Below are positions 1 through 11,152 of a DNA stretch of 64,000 nucleotides, piece after piece (position 1 is the stretch's first letter; each line of letters begins with the position of its first letter). The stretch comes from Hyaloraphidium curvatum SAG 235-1 (Eukaryota; Fungi; Monoblepharomycota), in NCBI GenBank assembly GCA_025558095.1, contig JAIVFI010000018.1, positions 372,001 to 436,000 on the forward strand. The letters are read 5' to 3'. Below the pieces are notes generated by a model, which saw only the letters and a program-made list of their open reading frames with translations, was not told the origin of the DNA and made no database searches. Position numbers and translations under genes: made by a program.

Positions 1-83
1 GGACGCGTGGCCTTGGGTTAGGCGGGCCATGTGGGCGCGGCGACCCGCACGCCGGCCCCCCAACCCGTGGCCCGCCCGCCACG

Positions 84-3000
84 ATGGGCGTCGGCAAGGG
101 AAGATGGCAGGGTGTTTCTCTGCCGCCGCGGGCCCCGCCGCCGCCGAAGCCCAGGAGGGGCAAGCGGTGGACCATCCCCGAGAAGGGCGAGAAGCCGAGC
201 CTGCTGTGCGCCGCCGTGCTCGCCCTCCTCGGCACCATCAACGCCGCCTCCGCTCTCGCGCTTGCCGTGCACGGCACCTCCAGCCTCCCCACCCCCACCC
301 CGGTTGCCCTCGCCGACCCTGCCCACCACGTCATCGCGCCCCCTCACGTGACGCTGCTCCATGCCGCCTCCATGATGGCGGCCGTCGCGGTCCTGTTCGC
401 TCTGGACGCTGCGATGGACTGGCTGGCTGAGGTGCTCGGGGTGAGCGAGGAGGTCGGCTGGATGGGTGCCGGTGCCCGTTGGGTGGTGTCGGCGGCGCCC
501 GGGGTGCGGGAGTGGGCGAGGAGGAAAATGGGCTGCCGGGCACGCAAGAACGGCAAATTTCCGGTTGCTCGAACCGTCACACGCACCCTTGCCGCTTCGG
601 CCGCCATCATCGCCATCTTGGCCGCGATGAGGCGTGGACTCGGCGGATCCGTGACTTGGTCCAACCTGACCGACGCGGCCATGCTCCTCCCCATCGGCTT
701 CTTCACCGTGACGATGCTCCAGTGGATCCAGGCGGATTTAGCGCCCCGCAAGAGCAAGCAGCTTCGCCTTCTGCGCAGGTGCAGGACCGCCAAGATCCTC
801 AAGCCCTCCGCTGCGTCACCCGGATACGTCAACGTCGCCACCGCAACTGGAGTCGTTTTCGTCACGGCGGTTGCGTACATTCTGTCGTCACCGTGGTTGT
901 CTTCCTTTCCATTCGACGCCGGCATCTCCATCCTCGTCGCCGCAGTCCTCGCCTTTGCCGACAGCCGGAGATGGTGGAGGTCAGACTCCACTGGCCGCTG
1001 GATCTCGAACATCACAATGGCCATCGGCGACTGGGTGTCAGATCCGTGCCTGGTAACCCTTCGCGGCGTGCGCGCCCACGTGAACGAGGCACTGGACCGG
1101 GAGCGCAAGCTACACGGCCTTTCGCTCGCCGCGCCGAGCCGCCATGCCCGCCGGCGCGCGACGCGCACGTCGCGCGGTCTCTCTCGCCCAAGGCTGCTGC
1201 CTCGGGCGCCGCGATGCCGCCTGCTCCTGGCCGTCGCACTGGGAGTGGTCCGCGTGCTCTTGGGCGCGCGGTCGCTGGTCGGTAGCATTCCTGTGCTGGC
1301 AAAGCACCTGCTCGAGCCCATTCTGAACTGGGCTTCGGAGGAGGGGCAGAAGGTCGGCCCGCCGACGGTCCCTGGTGCCTGGATGGACATGGACGAGGCG
1401 GCAAGGCAGCGTCTTGCCACTCTGCTGACCGGTAGGCACATGCACTTGGGTCGATGGCAGGATGGTCTGATCGACGCCGTCGTTGAAGCCAAGGAGATCA
1501 ACTGGTTCGTCCAGTCCGCCGAGGAACAAGGCTCCTATCACGATCGGCTCGCACGTGCCTTTACCTCCCCCGCCTTCGCGGCTCAGGACAGGCGCCTGGA
1601 GCACTGGCTCACTGGTTCGTCTGTTCCGCTTCCGGACACGCGCTTTCTGATCAAATGCCCACAGTGGACGAGATCCTCGCCGCGAAGCTGTGCCGCGCGT
1701 GGTTCCGCGCCCCGTGGGACCCTGACGCGCAAGCGTGGATGTCTGTTCCTGCGGCGGCCCAGAGCCGCTCGACCCGGCGGCGGCGGCACAGGCGGTTCAG
1801 GCTCCTCCTCGGCCCCGTACTCGCACTCGCGACCAAGACAGCTTGGCTCGCCAACGAGGCTTTGCTGAGCATAGAGACGCAGACTGCGGAGCTCAACGGC
1901 GAGAATCCTGTGCTTGGAACGGACGACCTCCCGCCGCTGTGCCGCAAGACCCGCGAGGTCATCTTGGCCGAAATTGCATTCCTGAGCGCTCCCAGGTAGG
2001 CCACGGTGCTGTTGGCCCTTGGGGCGTCGGTCCTCATTCGTACCATTTCGAAAGGCACGTGCCCGGCTCCGAGGGCACGGCCAAGGGCAAGGCCAAGGCC
2101 AAGGCACCTCCTGGAGGAGCGGACGGAGACGGGTTGGAGCCGCCGCCGAGCAAGGTCGGCAAGGTGTGCGGAAGATGCGGGGGGGCCGACCATGAACGGG
2201 CCAGCAACAGGCTGTGTCCGTATCACAAGCCAACCATCAAGGCGACGGCGAAGAAGGACGTCGAGCAGGTGACGGGCAAGACGGTTCCGTCGACCATCAA
2301 GCTCCCCCTTAAGGGCCTCTGCACCTCGTCACCCGCGTCTTTCGCATCTGTTCACGACACGCTCGCGCTGGCCTACACGCCCGTGGCAATCGCCGCCGCG
2401 CTGCTGCTCAACGAGGGCGTGGCGGCCTGGGTCACCGATAACCGCGTGCTGCCCCAGCTCAACCAGTCGCTGTTGCGCCGGGTCTTTTTCCTTTGCGCCT
2501 CCGGGGAGCTACGCATTCAGGCGAGCGATTCCTTACAGGGACAGGAAGAGTTCTTGCGGTCCTTAGAGCGCATCTGGCTGGGAGACGGTGGCACGCCGGG
2601 TCTTCGGGCGAGCTACCCGGCGCGCTTTGCGGCGTTTCGGGCTCCAGGGGCTCGGGGGAGCGCGTCGCCGAACCGCATGATCGACCAGTACTTCAGCTCC
2701 GAGTTCGACAACATCTACAACGCGACGTTTAAGGACTATCAAGTCAACATCGAGGTGCACCTGGAAAGCGCGGCGAACCGCAACTTCAAGAAGCTCGCCG
2801 AGCTCCGGTTCGACAAGCTTCCCTGGTGGAACGCGGTGGTGGACGGCGACCCGGAGAAGGAGCTCCCTGCCGAGCGCAAGTCGGCGATCTTTGCAAGCCT
2901 CCTTTCCGCCAGCAAGAGCCGCCGCCGGCCCCTCAAAATCTTCAGCCGCACCGCCGCGGCCGGGGATCATTACCTGACGGAGCAGGACGTGGAGCTGGCT

Positions 3001-5185
3001 GTTGCCGCTGGCCAGTCTCTGACATACGGCTGGAAGACGCCGTCGATGCAGCATCACCGAAGCGCTGTGCTGGGGCCACACTTTCTGGAGGCGCTGCTGC
3101 GTGATGTCCGCGCCGGGCGCGACCTCCACGTTTCCATGCGAGGGGAATTTGCGTCGTGGTTCGAGGAGGAGTTCGAGACGATTATGGAGACCGTGGTGCT
3201 CAACAAGGTGGCGAGGGCGCAGCTGGCCAAAGACCTCGTGGCCCGCATCACGAGCACCGGTGCGCACAAGTTCAGCGCGCGGCACATAGCGTTGGGGGAA
3301 GGTCCGGCCGCCATCCCCTGGGATACATTGCAGGCCGCTGCGAACACCGGAAATGGCCTTCTCCTGGACCGTCGGGCGGGCAAGACGGCGGTCGTGCGGG
3401 ACAGGCTGCAGCACGCCACGATTGTCCAGCTCGTTACCTTCCTCCAGGAGGCATGGGGACGGCAAAACGATATCGAAAGGAACGGGATGCAAGGCGGCGT
3501 GAAGGACTGGAACACGCGGCTACGGTTTCTGCACAGGTCGAACTGCCTGATCGGTGCTCTCTATGACATTACCGTGCCTGCCGGGCCCTTTGATCCGCAG
3601 TGGCAGCCGCCCTTGCCGCCCACCTCGGCCCTCCTGCCCTACTTCAACTACCAGACCAAGCACGTCAAGGTCGCTACATTCGATGCGCTGCTGGAGGTTG
3701 TGAAACGCCACAAGCGGATGTTTCCCGCCGAGCACGCAGCCGTCATGGACGACCACTTTCCGTTTGGCGAGGACTTCGACGAGAGGGACGATTACCACCG
3801 GCGGCGTCTGTGGGCTGCGGTCTACGATACGGACAGCCTGCTACAACGCGAGGTCCGAGGCGGCTTCAGGGACAACTACGTTGGGGACAAGACGCGCGCC
3901 TTCGCCTTCGCCGTGTCCTCCAATGGTGTCGAGGCTTCAGTGCTTTTCAACAAGGCGGTGCCTAACGACGACTTCGAGCCGGAGGGCGAAGCTCGCGAGG
4001 CCGGTGGTGCGGATGACGAGGCCAGGATCGTCCGGGAGGCCGCTGCCGCTGCCTTCCACGCGGGTCTACGCAGGGGCATGGAGCGGGCGGTGCAGTTCGA
4101 GGACCAGGCGAGGCGCGGCGAGATCAAGCTGCACGTCCAGGGTCTGGACCCCGGACCGGGCGGCTTCACGCTGGCTCGGCGCACGGAGGACGGCGAGGCT
4201 CGGAGCAAGGTCTTCTTTTACTCGTTCAAGCAGTATCACTACGAGTCTGGCGTGACAAAGCGCAAACGGCAGCAGGAAGCCCTGACAAAGACGATGCACG
4301 TGACCACGGCCGCCGGGCCAGTCTCGATCCAGAACATCATCAACGCCATCCCCGCGAGCACGATCACCGCCGTCGACGCCATCCACCGCCGCAACATGTA
4401 CATCCTCACGCATCTCGATACGCTGGTCCGCTTCTACAGCGAGTTCCGGGACGAGCGTTTCCAGAACTACCGCGGCAAACAGATCGCCCTGGAACGCATG
4501 GCGCAGGAGCTGCTCGCGATGGAGCATGAGAGCAAGACCGGTTCGCCGAAAACCACGGAGACCAAGGCGGCGCGGCGGAACCGGAAGGGCTGGCGCCGGT
4601 GGTTCAGGAGCAAGAGGAGGAAGCGCGCCGGCGGACATCGCTTGCCGGAGCGCTACGTGATCGTCTGGGGCAACGCCAAGGTCGGCAGCATGAGCTGGAT
4701 CAAGAAGCAGATGCGCGGCCCGTTCAAGAAGCTCATCGCGCTGCTGGAGGCACGGTCTGACGTCGTCATAGTCATGGAGGACGAGTACGGCACGAGCAAG
4801 TGCTGCCACTCGTGCGACCAGTGGAGCCTGGACACGCGCAAGTGCCGGCAGATGCCCAAGGAGCTGGAGCCGACGTACCGGCCCCCGGTGGTGGCGGAAG
4901 GGGAGCAGGGGGAGGAGCGCAAGTGGCACGTACCGATGGTCATCCCGACCAAAAAACCCTGGTATGTGCGCTGGTGAGTGTGCTGGCTTCTGATCCTTTT
5001 TCTCGCTCTGACATCCGCAAAGGTGCTTCAACCCCGCCTGCCCCGTCGACCACATCCACCGCGACGTGAACGCGGCGCTGAACATGCTCCGCCTTTACGA
5101 GTGGCGCCTCTGGCAGTGGCGCACGGCGCCGGGGATCGACGTGGAACAGACGGGGCGGCCCCCGGGCCTGAGGCGCTTGTCGTAG
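84..5185 (+). CDS. Fanzor (eukaryotic TnpB/Cas12-like RNA-guided endonuclease), predicted exons 84-1614, 1665-1995, 2055-4973, 5023-5185, 1647 aa, with hydrophobic N-terminal extension
   Basis: RuvC-I GLDPG (D at 4147-4149), VIVWGNA, rearranged RuvC-II EDEYGTSK followed by CCHSC (E at 4783-4785). After removing a 49-nt GTGAGT..CTGAC..AAG intron (4974-5022) the frame continues WCFNPAC..HRDVNAALNM (RuvC-III D at 5063-5065), stop at 5183-5185. Zn-knuckle CGRCGGADHERASNRLCPYH near 2165-2226. Introns 1615-1664 and 1996-2054 join the upstream ORFs in frame. The Fanzor identity is strong and the 5' exon linkage is less certain. Confidence 0.88.
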
Positions 5186-5390
5186 AACTGCACCCATCAT
5201 CTGGGTAACCTTCAACTCTTCAGAACTCCCATCGACCGACGGCGGCTCGCGAGGGCTGGCATACCCTAGGACCGAGCTCGGTGAACGATGGGATCTCATT
5301 GGCCGCTTACAGTCGGGATTCTCGAGGACCTCAGCATTCCGATTTGTAGTTGGAAGCGGACTATCAAGAATCGCGATCGCGCTTGTCCAG
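5186..5390 (+). ncRNA. Candidate Fanzor omegaRNA scaffold plus 3' guide (boundaries uncertain)
   Basis: Lies directly after the Fanzor stop. Small hairpin 5192-5206. Nested stem TCCCATCG/CGATGGGA, ACCGA/TCGGT, GCTCG/CGAGC, AGGG/CCCT (5227-5293). Second hairpin CCGCTT/AAGCGG with an inner TACAGTCGG/CCGATTTGTA stem (5303-5359). The position matches known Fanzor loci. Confidence 0.55.
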
Positions 5391-5422
5391 CCGGGGGGGT
5401 GTGCACGGGACACGTCAACACC

Positions 5423-7081
5423 ATGGCAACACGGTCCTTCGCGGTTGTCGGCGGCGGCATCTCAGGGCTCTCCGTTGCGTGGCACCTCGCGCACCTCGCG
5501 CCCGATGCGCGGATCGCTGTGGTCGAGGCCGCGCCGCGGTTCGGCGGCTGGCTGCACACGGTGCGCGTGGCTGCGGGGCGCGGCCGCGGCGTGCTGTTCG
5601 AGCTCGGGCCGCGCACGCTGCGGCCGGCGGGGCCGCCCGGCGTCGCCACGCTGCGGCTCGTGCACGCGCTCGGCATCGCGGGCGACGTGGTCGCCGTGCC
5701 AAAGACCGCGCCCGCCGCGCGCAACCGCTTCGTGTTCCTCGACGGCCGGCTGGAGCGCGTCGGCGCCCCGCTGTTCCGCCGCTCCGCGCTCGACATTGCA
5801 AAGGGGCTGCTGGCCGGGCACAGCCCGGCGCCCGCGGCCGGCCTGCCCGCCGGCTTCGACGACGAGACCATATGGGCCTTTTTCGCGCGCCGCTTCGGGC
5901 CGCGGATCGCAGACGACCTCGCGACATCCATGGTCCACGGCATCTACAGCGGCGACGCGAGGAAGCTCAGCCTGCGGTCGACGTTCCGCTCGATCTTTGA
6001 GGTCGACCGGAGGATGGCCCGGGCCGCTCGGAGCGCCTCGCGGGGCAGGCTTCTGAAGGCCTGGGCGCTGAGCCGCAAGGACAACGCGGCATCGGAGGAT
6101 CCCATGGTGGCCCTGGAGAGCAGGGTCGTGGGACCCGGGGTCACGCTGCCCTGGCGGACTTCTGCCGCTGCCGAGTTTGCGGAGCGCATCGGCAAGGAGG
6201 CCAGCATCTACACTTTCAAGGAAGGGATCTCGCACCTTTCCGATGCGATGGTGAACGACCTGCGGACGCGATTCCCCAACGTCGAGCTCCGGTCGGGCAC
6301 CGACGTCGTCTCGATAAGGCTCGCTCCGGACGGGTCGGTGGCCCTCGAAACGCGCACCGGACCGAACGGGCGATCCGTTTCTGAACGCTTCACCCACGTG
6401 ACGGGCGCGGTGGCCTCGCCGGCTCTGGCCGCAATGCTGCCGGGCGAGAACGGGCCGGAAAGGGAGCTGCGCGAGCTCCTTTCGTCGATCGTCTTTTCGA
6501 CCGTCGCGGTCGTGAACCTCGCCTACGTTGGATCGCCCGAAGAGCTGCTGCCGGTGCAGGGCTTCGGGTTCCTGGTTCCCATCAGGAGCATGCTCGGCGG
6601 CGGGGCGGAACCGCCGGGTGGTAGCCTGCCCGCCCTCGGCGTCATCTTCGACTCGTGCGCGGTCGAGGCGCAGGACGACGGGGTCGCCGTCCACGGCAAG
6701 CCGGTGACCCGCCTGACCGTCATGTTGGGCGGCCACGCGTTCGAGAGCCTGTTTGGCGACCCGGACCGCGCGGACCGGGGGCAAATCCTCGAACGGGCCC
6801 GCGAGGTGGTCCGCCGGTCGCTGTTTGGCGGGTCCGAGCCGGAGCTGGCCGCATCCATGGTCTCGGTGCAGAAGGACTGCATCCCGCAGTACTACCTGGG
6901 GCACGACCACAAGCTGGCGCGGATGCGGGAGCTGCTTGGCCCGGGTGGCGAATGGGGCGGCAAGCTGTCGGTTTGCCACGCGAGCTACACGGGCGTTTCG
7001 ATGAACGACTGCGTGCTCAATGGCCGCATCCTTGCGACGCGCTTGGCGGTAGGCGATTCCGATTTGTTTCCTGGCGTGTAA
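5423..7081 (+). CDS. HEM14: Protoporphyrinogen oxidase
   Basis: N-terminal FAD-binding VVGGGISGL, FELGPRTLRP, HGIYSGD, GFGFLVP, CIPQYYLGH, GVSMNDCV. Appears intronless. Confidence 0.93.
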   Translation: MATRSFAVVGGGISGLSVAWHLAHLAPDARIAVVEAAPRFGGWLHTVRVAAGRGRGVLFELGPRTLRPAGPPGVATLRLVHALGIAGDVVAVPKTAPAARNRFVFLDGRLERVGAPLFRRSALDIAKGLLAGHSPAPAAGLPAGFDDETIWAFFARRFGPRIADDLATSMVHGIYSGDARKLSLRSTFRSIFEVDRRMARAARSASRGRLLKAWALSRKDNAASEDPMVALESRVVGPGVTLPWRTSAAAEFAERIGKEASIYTFKEGISHLSDAMVNDLRTRFPNVELRSGTDVVSIRLAPDGSVALETRTGPNGRSVSERFTHVTGAVASPALAAMLPGENGPERELRELLSSIVFSTVAVVNLAYVGSPEELLPVQGFGFLVPIRSMLGGGAEPPGGSLPALGVIFDSCAVEAQDDGVAVHGKPVTRLTVMLGGHAFESLFGDPDRADRGQILERAREVVRRSLFGGSEPELAASMVSVQKDCIPQYYLGHDHKLARMRELLGPGGEWGGKLSVCHASYTGVSMNDCVLNGRILATRLAVGDSDLFPGV

Positions 7082-7242
7082 GAGCCAGAGAAGACTTGGC
7101 GGCAAAAGCTGTGCAAGGGTCCGCCGGGTGGCAAGCAGATTGAGCCGAATGCCGATCTCCGCGGCCCGCTTGCGATCACACATCCCGACCCGCTGGCCGC
7201 GTTCACCTAGGGTCCGGCACCGCCGGCCGACGGCCGCAGCCG

Positions 7243-8933
7243 ATGCAAGGCGACATATTAGCCATGCCCGCGCCCGGCGGAGGCGTACCGGCCGCGGGCG
7301 CGCCGTCCTACAGCCGCCCGCTGTCCCGCAACCACCGGCACTCGCGGTCGTCGATCTCGCTGAGCTCCCTCGGCTCGCTCGGCTCGAGCCTGCTAGATTC
7401 GGCGCTTGACATGCTGAACCCGCAATCGCGCGCGACGCCGCCGCCGCCCGCCGCCCGCGAGTCGCCGCGGCCGGGGTCGCCGGCCTCACTGGCCCCGTCG
7501 CTGGCCGCCTCCTCCCTGGCACCGGACGCCGACGCGGACGGCGACTTTTTCGTGTCGAGCGCATTCCGCAGGGGCTCGTTCGGCACGATGCGGCACGCGG
7601 TGTTCCGCCCGACCGGCGAGAAGGTGGGCAAGACTCCGCCAATTCCTGTCTCCCGCCGGCTGATCCCCGCCTCGCCCCCGCCCAGCTCGTCTGCAAATGC
7701 ATTTCCGACGGTCGCAAGGCTTCCCCGGCCCCGAGTCTGCCGGACGTGATGAGCAGCTCGTGCGAGTCCGAGACGATCGTGGCCGACGACGACGCGCCCC
7801 GCCTGTCGGGCGAGCAGGGGACCGAGGACCCCGGCGGCCAGCTGGCCGTCGTGCAGGAGGCGCTGCTCTGCTCGATCCTCGAGGGCATGGACAACATCGT
7901 GCGGCTGCGCGGGTTCCAGGAGCTTCCATCGGAGCGCCAGTACCGCCTCTTCTTTGACTTTGTGGACGGCTGCGACCTGTCTGCCCTGGCCGGCTCCGGC
8001 CGGCGGCTGAACGAGTCGGACATGCGCCCGCTGGCGTTCGGGGTGTTTCGGGCCGTGCAGACCTGCCACAGGCTGGGCATCTCGCACCGCGACCTGAAGC
8101 TCGAGAACATCATGTTGCGGCGGGACGCGCACCCGCCGCTCGATTGGAGCGTCGGTGCCGACCGCCAGAACCAGCGCCGGCGGTCCGACAACTGCGGCAT
8201 CCCGCTGCATCGCGGGGGTGCGTCGGGCAACAGCGCCGGCCGCGTGGTTCTGGTGGACTTCGGCTCGGCGACGACCTGCCCGGTCGACACGCGCGAATGC
8301 GGCACGTACGCGTACCTGGGGCCCGAGATCCTGGACTCGAGCGGGCCGTACGATCCGCAGCGCGCCGACGTGTTTGCGCTCGGCACGATCCTGCACCTCA
8401 TGGCGTTCGGCACGCACCCCTTCCCCAACGACCCCTCGTGCACCACCGCGCAGCGCGTGCAGCAGATGCGCGCGGGGCCCGAGTTCCCCGCGAGCATCTA
8501 CGTGAGCGCAGAGCTCAAGGACCTCATCTGCCAGTGCCTCAGGCCGGACCCGGCTGCGCGGCCGACGGTCGCGCAGGCGCTCGAGCACCCCTGGATCCGG
8601 AACGACAAGTTCCACGTGGCCGGGCTCTCGTGGCGCCGGCTGAGCGGCTCGTTCAAGTTGGGCTCGTTCGCCGAGCTCCCGCAGCCGCCGGCCTTTTCGG
8701 CGGCGGGCCAGGGCATGACCCCGCTCTCGGGGGCGCCGCAGGGTGGCGTGCCGGGGCTGCGGCGGTTCAGCGGGAGCCGCGGCACGGACAAGGCGGCGGT
8801 CGCGCTGGCCGAGGCGCGGCGGTGGACCGAGGCTGTGCGGCGGGTCGAGTGCGATCGCGGGATGGACCCCGCGGGCAAGGCGGCTGCGCTGAGGCGTCTG
8901 CTGGCGGAGCGCTTGGACCGGCCGCGGCATTGA
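7243..8933 (+). CDS. Ser/Thr protein kinase (CAMK-like), one intron 7624-7685
   Basis: RGSFGTM, LVCK, HRDLKLEN, DFG, CGTYAYLGPE, DVFALG, ALEHPW. The start could be 7243 or 7264. Confidence 0.85.
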
Positions 8934-9038
8934 GCGAATCGTGTTCTTAATTCTGTGTCTAGAATGTCTCGGAAGTGACCCGTGCTGCTTGCTAGTTTCT
9001 GATGTTGGTGCGCGAGGCGCGATCGACGCATCACAAAC

Positions 9039-10922
9039 ATGCCCTGGATCCGGCGCCTCCACCTGCCCCCGGGAGCGGTGCGTTGCCGGGGGTACCACCA
9101 GGCGGCGTCCCCGAAGCGCACGCACCAGTGCGGCGAGCTGCGGGCGGAGCACGCCGGGCAGCGCGTGACTGTGTGCGGGTGGGCGCAGCCGCCGCGCAAG
9201 ATCGGCGCGGAGCTCGCGTTCCTCCCGCTGCGCGACGCGACGGGCACCGCGCAGGCGCGCCACTCGCTGCGGGCGGGCGACGCGGCTTCGCACGAGCTGC
9301 GGGCCGCGCTGCTCGCCGTGGCGCCCGAGAGCGTCGTCGCCGTCGAGGGCACCGTGGCGGCCCGCCCGCCCGCCGCACGCAACGCCGCGCAGCCGTCGGG
9401 CGCCGTCGAGATCGACGTCGACGCGCTGGCCGTGCTCGGCCCCGCCGGCAAAGTGCCGTTCTCGCTCGCGCCCGCCGCCGCGCCCGCCGCCGAGGACCTG
9501 CGCCTGCGGAACCGCTTCGCCGATCTGCGGCGGCCCGCGCTGCAGGCCAATTTAAGGAGGCGTGCCGCGGCCGCTCGCTGCGTGCGCGAGTGCCTGGACG
9601 CCCGCGGCTTCGTCGAGGTCGAGACGCCGTACCTGTTCAAGTCGACCCCAGAGGGCGCGCGCGAGTTCCTCGTGCCCACGCGTGACGGCCGCGCGTACGC
9701 CCTGGCGCAGTCGCCGCAGCAGTACAAGCAGATGCTGATGGCGGGCGGCGTGGACAGGTACTACCAGATCGCGCGCTGCTTCCGCGACGAGGACCTGCGG
9801 TCGGACCGCCAGCCGGAATTCACGCAGATCGACCTGGAGATGTCGTTCGTCGTGCCGGAGGACGTCCAGGCCGTCGTCCAGGAGCTGCTGTTCCGGCTGT
9901 GGGAGCGCGTAGCGGGCGTCGACCTCGCGGCCAGGTACCCGGCTGGCCGCTTCCCGCGCATGGCCTACGAGCACGCGATGCGGACCTACGGATCCGACAA
10001 GCCGGACACCCGGCTGGGCATGGAGATCCGCGACGTTTCGCGCCTCTTTGGCGGGGCCGCTCTGCCCGAGGGCCACGTGATGGAGGCGTTTGTCGCCAAG
10101 CGCGGCGCGGCGTCGCTTTCCAACAAGGAAGCGAAGGAGATTGCCGCGGAGCACAAGCAGCAGGTCGAGGCGGGGGGTTTTGCGGGGCCCGCGCGGCTGT
10201 GCAAGGTCTCGGAGACGGCCGGCTGGGCGGACCACGTTGCGGGGGCCAACCCGAATGTGGACTACGCCGCCTTGGGCGAGGCCCTGGGCGGCGTCGAGCC
10301 TGGGGATCTCGTCGCTTTCGCGTCGCGGCCGGCCAGGCCGTTTGGCGGCGCTACCGCCCTGGGTCGGATGCGGCTGCTGGTCGGCGACGCCTTGGTCGCC
10401 AAGGGGGTCCTGAAGATCCCGGACGATCGCTTCGACTTTCTCTGGGTCGAGGACTTCCCCCTCTTTTCGCCGATGGAGGTCGACGACGCGTTCCTCGAGC
10501 GCGCGGGCATGACAAACGCCCGCCACCTCAAGGCGACCCACCACCCCTTCACCTCCCCCCGCGAGGAGGACATCGACCTCGTCGACACGACCCCCGAGGC
10601 CGTGCGCGGCCTGCACTACGACATCGTCCTGAACGGGATGGAGATCGGCGGCGGGTCGATCCGCATCCACGACCCCGCTCTGCAGCGCCACGTCCTGAGC
10701 GGCGTGCTCGGACTGGACGACGACGCGATCGACAGGGACTTTGGCCACCTCCTGAGGGCGCTGGCGTCGGGCTGTCCGCCGCACGGGGGGATCGCGCTCG
10801 GGTTCGACAGGCTGATGGCGGTCCTGTGCGGGAGCCCCAGCATCCGGGACGTGATCGCGTTCCCAAAGACCCCGGCGGGGGATCTCTTGGTCGGGTCGCC
10901 GTCCCCTGTTGCCGGCAGATAG
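9039..10922 (+). CDS. MSD1: Mitochondrial aspartyl-tRNA synthetase
   Basis: [76 protein letters not shown]. Bacterial-type AspRS with a presequence-like N-terminus. Confidence 0.95.
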   Translation: MPWIRRLHLPPGAVRCRGYHQAASPKRTHQCGELRAEHAGQRVTVCGWAQPPRKIGAELAFLPLRDATGTAQARHSLRAGDAASHELRAALLAVAPESVVAVEGTVAARPPAARNAAQPSGAVEIDVDALAVLGPAGKVPFSLAPAAAPAAEDLRLRNRFADLRRPALQANLRRRAAAARCVRECLDARGFVEVETPYLFKSTPEGAREFLVPTRDGRAYALAQSPQQYKQMLMAGGVDRYYQIARCFRDEDLRSDRQPEFTQIDLEMSFVVPEDVQAVVQELLFRLWERVAGVDLAARYPAGRFPRMAYEHAMRTYGSDKPDTRLGMEIRDVSRLFGGAALPEGHVMEAFVAKRGAASLSNKEAKEIAAEHKQQVEAGGFAGPARLCKVSETAGWADHVAGANPNVDYAALGEALGGVEPGDLVAFASRPARPFGGATALGRMRLLVGDALVAKGVLKIPDDRFDFLWVEDFPLFSPMEVDDAFLERAGMTNARHLKATHHPFTSPREEDIDLVDTTPEAVRGLHYDIVLNGMEIGGGSIRIHDPALQRHVLSGVLGLDDDAIDRDFGHLLRALASGCPPHGGIALGFDRLMAVLCGSPSIRDVIAFPKTPAGDLLVGSPSPVAGR

Positions 10923-11152
10923 GTCGCTTCATGTAACTGTGGCGGCCGATCGGGTCGGAAGGGGACCAGTGATGAATCAGTCGGAACCCGCCGCCGACAC
11001 CGGAACCCAAGCACCCGTCACCCCACAAGCCTGGGGGACAGGACGCCGACAGAGAACGTCCGGCCGCGTCGGAAACGAAGACCTTCATCTGTCTCGCGTA
11101 GCTCGCGGCCTTCATCGGGCCGTTCGGACTCGTGAACCGCACGGACGCTCAA

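Noticed and set aside
13-22. TTGGGTTAGG, telomere-like
   Set aside because: It is a single unit with no tandem array.
1735-2054. N-terminus of the 1080-aa ORF as listed (MDVCSCGG..)
   Set aside because: It has a non-ATG start in a eukaryote. The region is better explained by exon 2 in another frame plus intron 1996-2054.
4978-5208. 76-aa ORF with a signal-peptide-like start
   Set aside because: It begins inside the Fanzor intron and overlaps the true last exon in another frame.
5360-5390. Match of the putative Fanzor guide to the TE cluster in this window
   Set aside because: Only short chance-level matches were seen by eye, so no target can be claimed.
5462-8497. 1011-aa minus-strand ORF and many other long antisense or overlapping ORFs
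   Set aside because: These are shadow ORFs of high-GC coding strands (HEM14, kinase etc.). They are Arg/Ala/Pro-rich with no motifs.
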